Notes: generated from the letters alone by a model not told the origin. A stretch of DNA of 64,000 nt from a virus (IMGVR_UViG_3300009031_000221:352001-416000); one strand, 5' to 3'. Shown: positions 55,373 through 63,855, numbered from the stretch's first letter. Numbers and translations: made by a program.

Positions 55373-55843
55373 TTAGAGTTCCAACTTCAAGCCAATACCC
55401 AAATGACCCGGCAACAAGTCCCACTTGCCGATCTTTTTCAGTTCCTTTTCGATCAAATGCCAATCCGTGGCACCTTCAAAGCCCGCCTTGTCATCCAACA
55501 GCACGTTGAAGTAGAACTTCTTGCTGAAGTTGCACATTTCCGTGTCCGGGCATTCGGGATTCTCGTTGATGTAATCGAACTTGACGCCCTGATCCGCCAA
55601 ACCCGCAAGGACATCCTTGGTGGCATCATCATACGAACATGACCAGAGGATCAGGCGGACTTCAGGGCGCTTTGTCCATTGCCGCAGCACTTCCAAAGCG
55701 TTGGGCATGTACTGCGCCCCGACATTGTGTCGGTTGTACTTCCCCTCCAGGATGACATCATGCACGTCGATGCAGATATAGATGGTGTCCCATCCACGGG
55801 GGATCATATCATCGTATGCCCGTTTGATATTGAAGAGGTTCAT
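55373..55843 (-). CDS. HAD-superfamily hydrolase
   Basis: ICIDVHDVI, LILWS, FDYINENP, LDDKAGF. Confidence 0.8.
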   Translation of the reverse strand: MNLFNIKRAYDDMIPRGWDTIYICIDVHDVILEGKYNRHNVGAQYMPNALEVLRQWTKRPEVRLILWSCSYDDATKDVLAGLADQGVKFDYINENPECPDTEMCNFSKKFYFNVLLDDKAGFEGATDWHLIEKELKKIGKWDLLPGHLGIGLKLEL

Positions 55844-56553
55844 GCCACCACCATGCAAGTAGGTTTGATGCCAAAGGTATTGTGCGACCACCAATGCTCC
55901 AGGCCACTTTGGACAACCAGCATCGTGACCTGATAGGCCAGGATGGACATCCATGGGACGAACCCAAGCAATGCGAACAGAGCCGTGGTCATGACGAAAG
56001 CCGACACGCCTCGATAGGTCAAGGTCTTGAGGATGATACGCTTATGTGCGACATGATCCGAATCGTCGATCCCGTAGTTCGAATCGTGCCAAATCCGCTC
56101 ATGGACGAACCCGAATGCCGCCATCAGCAAGGCATATCCGGTCAGCATCCACAGGCCAAGCCCAAGGCTATGCAGCACCAACCAAAAGCAAGCGAGGCTA
56201 CTGATGCGGTAGCTGAATACCTTGAACATGGAACGCCATGATGTGGAATGCGCCGAACGATCGGGTTCCCACGGCTCCCGCCCCTTGTAGCGATCCCATG
56301 TCCTGAATGCCCACAGGAGAACGGGGTAGACGATCGGCTCGAAGTGGAATATGAGGAACAGCGGAATCAGTTGCGGGGCGCCCATCTTCCATGAGATCAG
56401 GGGCAGGATAATGTCCTCGATGCACTCCCAGATCACGGCAGCGATCACGAACCGACGACCGTACTTCTTCCCCAGGCCCTTGATCTCACGCCATGTTCCC
56501 ATGACGTTGATCTTTTCCCAGGCCTCTTCCGCAGCCCATTTCAGGATGTTCAT
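55840..56553 (-). CDS. membrane protein with tandem DUF2061-like repeats
   Basis: RSMFK.FSYR..S...HERIWH / RIILKTLTYR..S...EHWW. Confidence 0.7.
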   Translation of the reverse strand: MNILKWAAEEAWEKINVMGTWREIKGLGKKYGRRFVIAAVIWECIEDIILPLISWKMGAPQLIPLFLIFHFEPIVYPVLLWAFRTWDRYKGREPWEPDRSAHSTSWRSMFKVFSYRISSLACFWLVLHSLGLGLWMLTGYALLMAAFGFVHERIWHDSNYGIDDSDHVAHKRIILKTLTYRGVSAFVMTTALFALLGFVPWMSILAYQVTMLVVQSGLEHWWSHNTFGIKPTCMVVA

Positions 56554-56780
56554 GACTTGATCCCCCGATCCAACCATGCCTGGGTATGTGCATGTCGCTC
56601 TGCCCGGGTTGTTGGGGGGTGCTTGTATTGCATATCCGCATGGTGGGTCCACAAGGCCCACACGATCTTGTTGGCTCGATTCTCCACGAAGCGCTTCACG
56701 TGATGAATGCCCCGGAGGTAGTAATGCCAGAACTTCCGATTCAGATACGGCAAGTCCTTCGGCCCGTCATGTTGTTCCAT
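56550..56780 (-). CDS. hypothetical protein
   Basis: First gene after promoter copy 16. Confidence 0.5.
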   Translation of the reverse strand: MEQHDGPKDLPYLNRKFWHYYLRGIHHVKRFVENRANKIVWALWTHHADMQYKHPPTTRAERHAHTQAWLDRGIKS

Positions 56781-56815
56781 GGTAGTTCCTTAGGCATCAT
56801 CTGTGCCCGTAGATT

Positions 56816-56842
56816 AGCTACGCTGATTATGTGGAAAGTAAG
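56816..56842 (-). promoter_or_regulatory. promoter-like motif, copy 16
   Basis: agctacgc-tgattatgtgga-aagtaag. Confidence 0.72.
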
Positions 56843-56844
56843 TC

Positions 56845-57318
56845 TTAGAGATTTGCAACCAAGTACTTCAACACGTATTCAGTGACATACTGTTGAACGG
56901 CTACCCGATCAAGACCTTCGGGGACGGAGACAAGCCCTCCATCAACGTAGCCCGCATTGTCAGCAATGGCGAAGTAGGCAAAGGGTTCCTTGATATTTCC
57001 ATCCGGCCAGAGTTCCGCATAGCCCGTGGTAGCAACGCCAATGTCCGAATCGAACAACTCGCGAACGCCCATAGCCATTTGCGATGCAACCCCCAAGGAA
57101 ACGCAGTTGCATATCTTGGCGTCTTCCTCATTGACCCAGAGCAGCTTGACCTTTGCTTCCAGGCAGTAGGCAGTCACGCCTCCACGGAAGTAGGCGGATG
57201 ACCCGGACACGGAGGAGAAAGCAGCCTGGAGGTTGCCCGCGGTGATGCTCTCCGCCACGGCGATAGTGATGCCGTTGGGCTTGAGCCTTTGACCGATGGT
57301 TGCAGCGTATTCGTTCAT
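56845..57318 (-). CDS. pncC: CinA/PncC NMN deamidase
   Basis: IAVAESITAG, GSSAYFRGG..AY...K, VS...A..MA.G, ATTGYA. Confidence 0.88.
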   Translation of the reverse strand: MNEYAATIGQRLKPNGITIAVAESITAGNLQAAFSSVSGSSAYFRGGVTAYCLEAKVKLLWVNEEDAKICNCVSLGVASQMAMGVRELFDSDIGVATTGYAELWPDGNIKEPFAYFAIADNAGYVDGGLVSVPEGLDRVAVQQYVTEYVLKYLVANL

Positions 57319-57343
57319 GTGTCTCCCCTGAGGCTTTTTCTTA

Positions 57344-57370
57344 GACTACGCCCTACGGAGTAGAAGTAAG
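57344..57370 (-). promoter_or_regulatory. promoter-like motif, copy 17
   Basis: gactacgc-cctacggagtag-aagtaag. Confidence 0.72.
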
Positions 57371-57874
57371 TCCCCCAGGAACCGAACACATGTCATGTGC
57401 CAACTGCGTCATGCCACACTGGACGCACGTTCTTGTCTCGCCTATCCACAAGTCGGTTGATTCCATTTGGACGCCCCAGACGTGACCACAGGAGTTTTCA
57501 TCGCCACCCTGCCTACATGTACACTGGCAATCAATCGCGACACTATCCTGACACTTTCCCGACAATGTGTCGGGATTACTGTCGCGATTACTGTCGGGTT
57601 CCTTGCCCTCATAGATGTGCAGAATCCGTTGCCCGCCCCAGAACGTTGTCGTTCCCAGGTACACCCACAACCCTTCCGGCAAATCCGAGTAGGATGCAGC
57701 GACGTAGATATGTCGCTTGACTAGTTCATCTTCGGGGTCGCATTCATACCATAGGCATACATGGGAACCAATGTTGCCAACGGTACGAAACGTCGAGTAC
57801 CTTGGAAGTTCAATCTCGTTCCAATGGTCGCACTTGTCGGATACAGAATAGCTGATGAGACGACGGGGTGCCAT
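57353..57874 (-). CDS. phage hypothetical protein
   Basis: I.LP...F..V...G..CLW...DP...YLGT...H.YE, plus Cys-rich tail. Confidence 0.55.
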   Translation of the reverse strand: MAPRRLISYSVSDKCDHWNEIELPRYSTFRTVGNIGSHVCLWYECDPEDELVKRHIYVAASYSDLPEGLWVYLGTTTFWGGQRILHIYEGKEPDSNRDSNPDTLSGKCQDSVAIDCQCTCRQGGDENSCGHVWGVQMESTDLWIGETRTCVQCGMTQLAHDMCSVPGGLTSTP

Positions 57875-57913
57875 GAGATCCTCCACAATAGGAGGCCCAC
57901 AATACCCATCAGA

Positions 57914-58339
57914 TCATCGGGAGGGATCCGGGTAGATCGCACCTTCCCAGGGAAAGAGCGCATTGATGCGATCCCCTTGAATGATCGAAGCACATGCGTT
58001 CAACGCCCGTTTGCGGTATGCCGTCCGTGGGGGTTTTCCTGCTTCGGTCAGGAAGCGGGCTTTCATGGGTACCGTTTCCATGTCTATTTTGCCCCTAGTT
58101 GCAAGATCCCGAACATGAATGAACTCCATCCGCGTCATTGACGCGAAATAATTCAGCGTTATCTGTTTGGAGGACGCAATCAACCATTCCAGGTCGTCAC
58201 TGTCCAGACGAACCCTGCAAAATGCACTATTTGACCGTTCCCGTTCGATTGGCCGGGGAGGTCGACTGAGGATCCATAGATCCTCCCTTTCAATAGGTTC
58301 CCCCGATTCCCCGCAAGGGACATAGATGTACATAGCCAT
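57914..58339 (-). CDS. hypothetical protein
   Basis: 141-aa ORF. Confidence 0.5.
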   Translation of the reverse strand: MAMYIYVPCGESGEPIEREDLWILSRPPRPIERERSNSAFCRVRLDSDDLEWLIASSKQITLNYFASMTRMEFIHVRDLATRGKIDMETVPMKARFLTEAGKPPRTAYRKRALNACASIIQGDRINALFPWEGAIYPDPSR

Positions 58340-58519
58340 CTACTTGTCCTTGAGGCGATTCCAGTAGTGGGTAATCGCCAGGAACACCCGCTGCATGCGG
58401 TTCCTGCCAACGTGGGACTGCCTTTCCCAATACAAATCCTCAGCCATAGCCTCCGGACTACGGATGACTTTGACCTTTGGCGTGGCACACTTGCAATCAG
58501 TACACTTATGGCAACTCAT
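58340..58519 (-). CDS. small hypothetical protein (59 aa)
   Basis: MSCHKCTDCKC...; fills the gap exactly. Confidence 0.5.
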   Translation of the reverse strand: MSCHKCTDCKCATPKVKVIRSPEAMAEDLYWERQSHVGRNRMQRVFLAITHYWNRLKDK

Positions 58520-59008
58520 CTAACCCTCCGCAATTGTCCCGGTGAACCACTTGGCCATGTCGGGATCGTTGTATGTGTCAATTCCAAAATGCCCGAGCTT
58601 CGTTTTGCCCGTCATCGGTGGGGGCAACTCCATCGGCAGCCCCGGATTGTGATTCGCCGGTTTGAGATTCGCCGGGTTCGGAGGAATGTCCTCCTCGTAC
58701 GTCTCCATCATCTTCCCGTCTTGGACAAATCCAACCACGGCCTCCCACGGGATGACAACCTTGCCAAGCTTCCCGCCGAAGGACAGGCCCGCTTCGATGC
58801 ATTCATCCGTCACTTTGAATCCCGGCATGTGGAATTTGTGGGAGAAGTTCAGCATCATGGCCTTGTATTGCCCTGGTTCCCCCGCAACACGCCCAGGCAA
58901 TACCACTCCCGGTGCGAATTGATTGAGAAATACAGCGGTTTTGCCCATGCCCAGGAGCGTCTCGAAGGCGAGACGCTTTTCAACGTTCGTTGCCATGTTC
59001 TGCCTCAC
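58520..59008 (-). CDS. sspB: stringent starvation protein B-like ClpXP adaptor
   Basis: GVVLP...LNFS...I...LSFGGK...V.IPW.AV, followed by an acidic/Pro-rich tail. Confidence 0.78.
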   Translation of the reverse strand: MRQNMATNVEKRLAFETLLGMGKTAVFLNQFAPGVVLPGRVAGEPGQYKAMMLNFSHKFHMPGFKVTDECIEAGLSFGGKLGKVVIPWEAVVGFVQDGKMMETYEEDIPPNPANLKPANHNPGLPMELPPPMTGKTKLGHFGIDTYNDPDMAKWFTGTIAEG

Positions 59009-59226
59009 TTATTGTAGGTTGCACACGTTGGAATGCAGTTCGTCTGAGCGGTCTTGGCGCACTGGGTCAAGCACAGATCCACACGGTGGTTCTGGCAACC
59101 CTGAACCACCGCCGTATTGCACACGTAGAACAGCGCAATCCAAAATATGGCGTAGACGATATTGAGAGTGATGTCATCCCAAGTACGAATGTTGAGAGGC
59201 TTGATGGGGACATCGGAATCGCTCAT
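59005..59226 (-). CDS. small membrane protein with four-Cys C-terminus
   Basis: TM then C...CLTQC......CIPTC. Confidence 0.6.
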   Translation of the reverse strand: MSDSDVPIKPLNIRTWDDITLNIVYAIFWIALFYVCNTAVVQGCQNHRVDLCLTQCAKTAQTNCIPTCATYNK

Positions 59227-59408
59227 GAATCACTCCTACCAGGGCAAACGGGCTTGCATTCCCATGACGTGTCTTCCCCACAGGAAGAACAGTAGCGACC
59301 GGAACCGGTATGCCCACCAGGCTTCTTGCGTCGTTCCCGCACAATGAGGCCCAGGGCAAGCAAAAGCAGGCACCCCAGTCCCCCGAACAATATGGTTTCA
59401 GCCGTCAT
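59223..59408 (-). CDS. small membrane protein with CxxC tail
   Basis: TM then RYCSSCGED. Confidence 0.6.
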   Translation of the reverse strand: MTAETILFGGLGCLLLLALGLIVRERRKKPGGHTGSGRYCSSCGEDTSWECKPVCPGRSDS

Positions 59409-59414
59409 GGTGTC

Positions 59415-59630
59415 CTATGAGTGAAGCCCTGAGTCACAGGGCTCCTGCTTGGAACGATCCGCCCCGCAGATGTGGCAAAACCGTCCCGCAGCCGGATGTT
59501 GGTAGGGGGGCGCTACTACAGCCTTGGGGGCATAGCGATTGGTCAAGTATTTCCCCAATAGCGTCATCAACATGCCAAGGCTTACTAGGAAAACCCCGCC
59601 GAAGAACAGGAGTGCGAAGAGCGTGCCCAT
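59415..59630 (-). CDS. small membrane protein with CxxC tail
   Basis: TM then RFCHICGAD; start moved to MGTLF. Confidence 0.6.
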   Translation of the reverse strand: MGTLFALLFFGGVFLVSLGMLMTLLGKYLTNRYAPKAVVAPPYQHPAAGRFCHICGADRSKQEPCDSGLHS

Positions 59631-59632
59631 GG

Positions 59633-59821
59633 TTAATGACCCCAGGTGAACGTGGAAGGGAAGGGTGCCTTGCAAGCCGTGATGCAGGTAGCATCCGTGC
59701 CGCACTTGTCGATGCATTGCTGCATCATCTTGTCCTGGTCACACCCGCGACCGAGGACGCAAAGCCCGAGGATTAGGATGACAATGAACGCGCCTTTGGC
59801 GATTTCAAGAATGTGGGGCAT
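59633..59821 (-). CDS. small membrane protein with four-Cys C-terminus
   Basis: TM then CIDKC....CITAC; start moved to MPHIL. Confidence 0.6.
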   Translation of the reverse strand: MPHILEIAKGAFIVILILGLCVLGRGCDQDKMMQQCIDKCGTDATCITACKAPFPSTFTWGH

Positions 59822-60048
59822 TACTTGCTCGCCTTGGGGTCGAAGTGCGGGCGATGGCACTTGACGCAGAGGTGGTTGCCATCGGGGGAGAAGCGAAGGG
59901 TGTGGCCTTCCTCGCACTGGATGTTCAGGCGGATGACCTGGAGGTTCCGCATCGTCCGCAGCTTCTCGCTCAGGGAGAGCGGCTGGCGCAGCTTGGCCGG
60001 CAGGGTGCGGGAGAGAACCTTGGCACGATTGAAAGCATTGAGCGTCAT
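59821..60048 (-). CDS. small Zn-ribbon protein
   Basis: CEEGH...CVKC; first gene after promoter copy 18. Confidence 0.55.
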   Translation of the reverse strand: MTLNAFNRAKVLSRTLPAKLRQPLSLSEKLRTMRNLQVIRLNIQCEEGHTLRFSPDGNHLCVKCHRPHFDPKASK

Positions 60049-60094
60049 GGTGTCCGATTCCTTGAGGGCTGGTTGTTCGCGTGCCCTACCCCCT

Positions 60095-60121
60095 ATCTAC
60101 GCTGAACCTTAGGAAAGTAAG
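60095..60121 (-). promoter_or_regulatory. promoter-like motif, copy 18
   Basis: atctacgc-tgaaccttagga-aagtaag. Confidence 0.75.
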
Positions 60122-61038
60122 TCCCGATGGCAGCCCCTTGTGACGATTGGCACCATATCCAAGGGACTAAAACGACTTCCCCTGGAACGGTCGCTTCCGC
60201 CGATAGTCGGCCCGCAACCCCAATGGACGCCTCCGCCTTCCGTTTCATTGGCCTCATCGCACACGCCTTGCACGCTAAACGGCACGCCCTCGGAAAGGCG
60301 CTGAACCGTGTACGTCCAGTTGCCATCGTCCCGCTGACGGGCAAGCAGCCATGCCGTGTGGCCATTGTTGACCATCTTCATGCGGGCACGGTAGCCAATC
60401 TCTTCCGCGATGATCCAACCCTCCCCATGTGCCAGGATGTTGTACCGGTCATCCGCCTTGCACTTGCCGCCACGTCCCATCAGGTGCTGGCGAATCCGCA
60501 GCCCCGAGTCCGTCATGATGCGAAGGTAATCCTCGGGGTCCTTGCGATCCAACGTACCGTCCAATCGGGCGATGAAGTAGGGTTCGAAGCACCAATCGTA
60601 GGTTTCCAGGTCCATGTCCATGGGGAACGGATACGTGCCGCCCGTCGTATCCAAGTAGTCACACATCTGGATCAGGCGATTCAGTTGCGGATTGACAACG
60701 CTGACTACCTCAGCCATGTTCTCCAGCAGCCATACCGCCAACCGCACGTCAGGATCTACGTCATTGACGTAGACGTGCATGGCACGATCACCCTTGTCAT
60801 CAACCCAGGAATCGAACACGTGCATGCGAATGGCAAGCGCCACCTGTGCAGCCGTCGCACGAGTAGCAAGACGGTTGACGCCAACGTGGTGGTCGAAGTT
60901 GGCCCATCCAGCAGGATCGAAGATGGGTGCCGCGTCGCAGTATCCATCAATGGCTACGGAACCCTTGGGGTGCGTAGCCTTGAACTCCGGGAAGGTCATG
61001 GGCTTGGTATGCGGGCATGCGTGCAGATAGACTCTCAT
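60109..61038 (-). CDS. DHH-family phosphoesterase-like protein
   Basis: IDG, NFDHH, NDVDPD motifs; WGCG..IGGS. Confidence 0.65.
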   Translation of the reverse strand: MRVYLHACPHTKPMTFPEFKATHPKGSVAIDGYCDAAPIFDPAGWANFDHHVGVNRLATRATAAQVALAIRMHVFDSWVDDKGDRAMHVYVNDVDPDVRLAVWLLENMAEVVSVVNPQLNRLIQMCDYLDTTGGTYPFPMDMDLETYDWCFEPYFIARLDGTLDRKDPEDYLRIMTDSGLRIRQHLMGRGGKCKADDRYNILAHGEGWIIAEEIGYRARMKMVNNGHTAWLLARQRDDGNWTYTVQRLSEGVPFSVQGVCDEANETEGGGVHWGCGPTIGGSDRSRGSRFSPLDMVPIVTRGCHRDLLS

Positions 61039-61105
61039 TGAGGTGCCTCGACCTGAACATTCAGGTTCATACCGTGGAGGATAGGATCCTTATCACGGCC
61101 ACCTG

Positions 61106-61132
61106 ATCTACGCTAGATTTGCGAGAAGTAAG
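61106..61132 (-). promoter_or_regulatory. promoter-like motif, copy 19
   Basis: atctacgc-tagatttgcgag-aagtaag. Confidence 0.75.
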
Positions 61133-61134
61133 CT

Positions 61135-61722
61135 CTAACAGCCCAGGTCGTACCGGGTGAACCGACGAATGACAATGTTCTCACCCGTCTTTGCGATGTA
61201 CCCTGCCAGATACTCATAAACCGTATGCTTGTCATCCTTCACGTAGGGCTGATTCATAAGGCATACGTCCGCATACCAGGCATTCATTTTGCCCGCTACG
61301 ATCTTCATCTTAATCTCCGCAGGCTTGTCCTTTGGACAGTCGAAAACGAATTCGTCATATTTCCTAGCACCGTATTCTGTTGGAATATCCGATTCCGTTA
61401 CGTACTTCGGCCCCATGGCGACGATTTGCAAGCCAATGTTGCGAACCAGTTCCTCGAACTCCGCCGTATTCGCAACGAAGTCCGTTTCACAGTTCACTTC
61501 AAGGATGCACCCCGAATGTCCATCGTGATGGATGTAGGAAGCAATACGTCCCTCAGGAGCCTTGCGTTCAGCCCGTCCTCCCGCCGCGGACAGGTTATGC
61601 TCCCGAATCCACTCGACTGCAGAATCTTGGTCGTCTTGACATACCGTCAAGGCATGCCTGCAATCGCTATATGCAGCCCCGGTACGTTCCCGCAATTTCT
61701 TGACACCCTCAATGCTTGGCAT
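61135..61722 (-). CDS. tsf: translation elongation factor Ts (short form)
   Basis: VKKLRERTGA...C..AL; EG.I.SYIH; EVNCETDFVA; L.QPYVKD; GENI.IRRF.R. Confidence 0.95.
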   Translation of the reverse strand: MPSIEGVKKLRERTGAAYSDCRHALTVCQDDQDSAVEWIREHNLSAAGGRAERKAPEGRIASYIHHDGHSGCILEVNCETDFVANTAEFEELVRNIGLQIVAMGPKYVTESDIPTEYGARKYDEFVFDCPKDKPAEIKMKIVAGKMNAWYADVCLMNQPYVKDDKHTVYEYLAGYIAKTGENIVIRRFTRYDLGC

Positions 61723-61723
61723 T

Positions 61724-62422
61724 TTATTCCTCGAATTCTCTGAGCCTTTGAATGTGTTCAGCCCACGCCGTTTCTTCTTCCGTGGTCAGAACGAAACCCA
61801 ACTCCAATACCCGTAGACGCATAGCAATGCACCCATCTACGGAGGGCGTGAAGCGTTCTACCGTGAACGGACTCATGTCGATGTCAATGCCGAAGAAATG
61901 ATGAAATGAACCATTGCATTCCAACGCCTCATCCTTCTTGGTAATATCGGCGAATTGTTCCCAGGTGCAATCCGGGGGCAACGGAATCGTGAAGTTCTTC
62001 ACACGGCCAGCCCACCAGCCCTTGACACGCCCCGCCTCAAATAACTCCCGAACTTGGGTGTCATCATCAACATCATGGTAGAAAAACGGGGACAGGTTGT
62101 TGAGGTGCGTGTAATCTTGCATGGTCAGGATGACATTTTTCTTCATGTCCCATACAACCAGCCCATAGCTTACAGGTGCCAGGAGCGGGTACGGAGCATA
62201 TTGCAACGTCATGGGATGCTTGGGAGGGTTGCCGTTCAACAGGTGTTCCGCATAATCCTTCCGCATATCCCGCCATTGCTTCAGGACATCACGGAGGTGC
62301 TTGGGATCCTTCTCAAAGGTTCCTTTGCTCATCAATGCCCACGGCAAGATGTTAGTCCACCGAGTCATGCGATGCTGCTTGCCGCCCTTGGTCCGAATGG
62401 TAAATCCTACAGTTCCACCCAT
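61724..62422 (-). CDS. hypothetical protein
   Basis: 232-aa ORF. Confidence 0.6.
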   Translation of the reverse strand: MGGTVGFTIRTKGGKQHRMTRWTNILPWALMSKGTFEKDPKHLRDVLKQWRDMRKDYAEHLLNGNPPKHPMTLQYAPYPLLAPVSYGLVVWDMKKNVILTMQDYTHLNNLSPFFYHDVDDDTQVRELFEAGRVKGWWAGRVKNFTIPLPPDCTWEQFADITKKDEALECNGSFHHFFGIDIDMSPFTVERFTPSVDGCIAMRLRVLELGFVLTTEEETAWAEHIQRLREFEE

Positions 62423-62425
62423 GGT

Positions 62426-63199
62426 CTATTCCTCCCAGATCTTTGCGAATTGTTCCGGCGTCCAGCCTACGATGTCTGATACCTGTCCGTCCCCGATCTC
62501 CACAACCACAGGTACTTGAGCCCCGTCCATCGACATTGCAATGTCAATGGAATAGAACAAGGCCGGGATTAGTTTAGCTACGTCGTGGGCAAGGGCGACA
62601 TAGGATACATCGCTGAACGAATGGACATGGTGGTGAACTTTGCCGTTCAGGACAAAGAACCGTAGCTCATGGTTCGTTGGGACGAACCGGCGTACGCACA
62701 GTCCCCCCTCGATATGCCCACGAAACTTCACCATCTCCGCTACGATGTCAGGTGCCTGATCCGGTCGACTCACAACGGATCCCAAGGCAGACTTGTTGGA
62801 CTTTACGTAGTCCTTGATGAATACCCAACCCCAATCCAACTTGGTGATTTCGGCTTCAATGTCGCAACCCTTAGGGAAGAACGCGGTTTCAGGCGTCAAT
62901 CCTTTGAGGTAGGGATACCAGTTCGGCAGATGATGGCACGATAGGTAATCAAGCATGGACGTGAATGGATGACCGCCAGCGGCGTAGATCGCATCGCACA
63001 GCCTGCCATACGTAGTGGCATCCATCATCCAACCACGGTAGACAACCTTGTGCCCTACAAGGGAATCCCCTGTGATTTTATTCTCGTTGATAATGGCACA
63101 CGGATGCCCGGCAGCCTTCAACGCGGCGTACTGGTCGGCGAAGGCCTCATCAACCTTGCTGGTTAGCATGGACTTGGGGAATAGGAATGCGTAGCTCAT
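62426..63199 (-). CDS. ATP-grasp domain protein (R2K-like)
   Basis: FIKDYVKS, ELRFFVL.G, FYSIDIA, VVEIGDGQVS. Confidence 0.78.
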   Translation of the reverse strand: MSYAFLFPKSMLTSKVDEAFADQYAALKAAGHPCAIINENKITGDSLVGHKVVYRGWMMDATTYGRLCDAIYAAGGHPFTSMLDYLSCHHLPNWYPYLKGLTPETAFFPKGCDIEAEITKLDWGWVFIKDYVKSNKSALGSVVSRPDQAPDIVAEMVKFRGHIEGGLCVRRFVPTNHELRFFVLNGKVHHHVHSFSDVSYVALAHDVAKLIPALFYSIDIAMSMDGAQVPVVVEIGDGQVSDIVGWTPEQFAKIWEE

Positions 63200-63807
63200 T
63201 TGTAGGCCCCCTGCAATACGGCAAACAAACGCTCGATCTCAAGGTGGGTCTCAAGGAGGGTGCCACGGTTGTCGATGAAGAATGTCGCATATTTCATGCG
63301 TTCCTCGTTGGACATTTGGGCGTGGATACGTTGCAGGGCGGCTTCCCTATTCAAACCGTTACGTGCCATGAGCCGCTGGATCTGCGTTTCCACTTCGCAT
63401 TTGATGACAATCACGAATTCGCAAAGGTTCTCTGCCTGACCGGACTCAACCAGCATTGCATTGTCAATGATGATGATGGGCACGTTGTCTTGTTGTGCTT
63501 CCTGAATCTTGGATTGCGTGATCGCATCAATGTGCGGATGCAGGATTTCCTCGAGCACTCGCATCGAACGGGGATCCGCGAATACCACAGCGCCCAGTTT
63601 GGATCGATTCAGGGTGCCATCAGGCAGGAGGTATTCCCGTCCGAAGGCCTCAATGACACCCTCAAGGCCTGGGGTGCCAAGTTTGACAGCTTCCCTGGCT
63701 ACGAGGTCCATGTCGATGATGCGTACACCGGGCTTCGTCGCAAGGATCGAAGACACGTAGGACTTCCCACTCGCGATGCCGCCTGTTAGACCGATGATGA
63801 CACTCAT
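63196..63807 (-). CDS. coaE: dephospho-CoA kinase
   Basis: IIGLTGGIASGKS, ID.D..AR, LNR.KLG..VF, LE.I.HP, R...Q. Confidence 0.95.
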   Translation of the reverse strand: MSVIIGLTGGIASGKSYVSSILATKPGVRIIDMDLVAREAVKLGTPGLEGVIEAFGREYLLPDGTLNRSKLGAVVFADPRSMRVLEEILHPHIDAITQSKIQEAQQDNVPIIIIDNAMLVESGQAENLCEFVIVIKCEVETQIQRLMARNGLNREAALQRIHAQMSNEERMKYATFFIDNRGTLLETHLEIERLFAVLQGAYK

Positions 63808-63825
63808 AGCATGACCTCCGGATGA

Positions 63826-63852
63826 ATCTACGCGGGGAATGCTAGAAGTAAG
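63826..63852 (-). promoter_or_regulatory. promoter-like motif, copy 20
   Basis: atctacgc-ggggaatgctag-aagtaag. Confidence 0.75.
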
Positions 63853-63855
63853 TGC

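Noticed and set aside
5457-63852. Repeated motif as a CRISPR array or REP element
   Set aside because: Copies are hundreds to thousands of bp apart, non-palindromic, bipartite with a variable core, and always upstream of genes. No cas genes.
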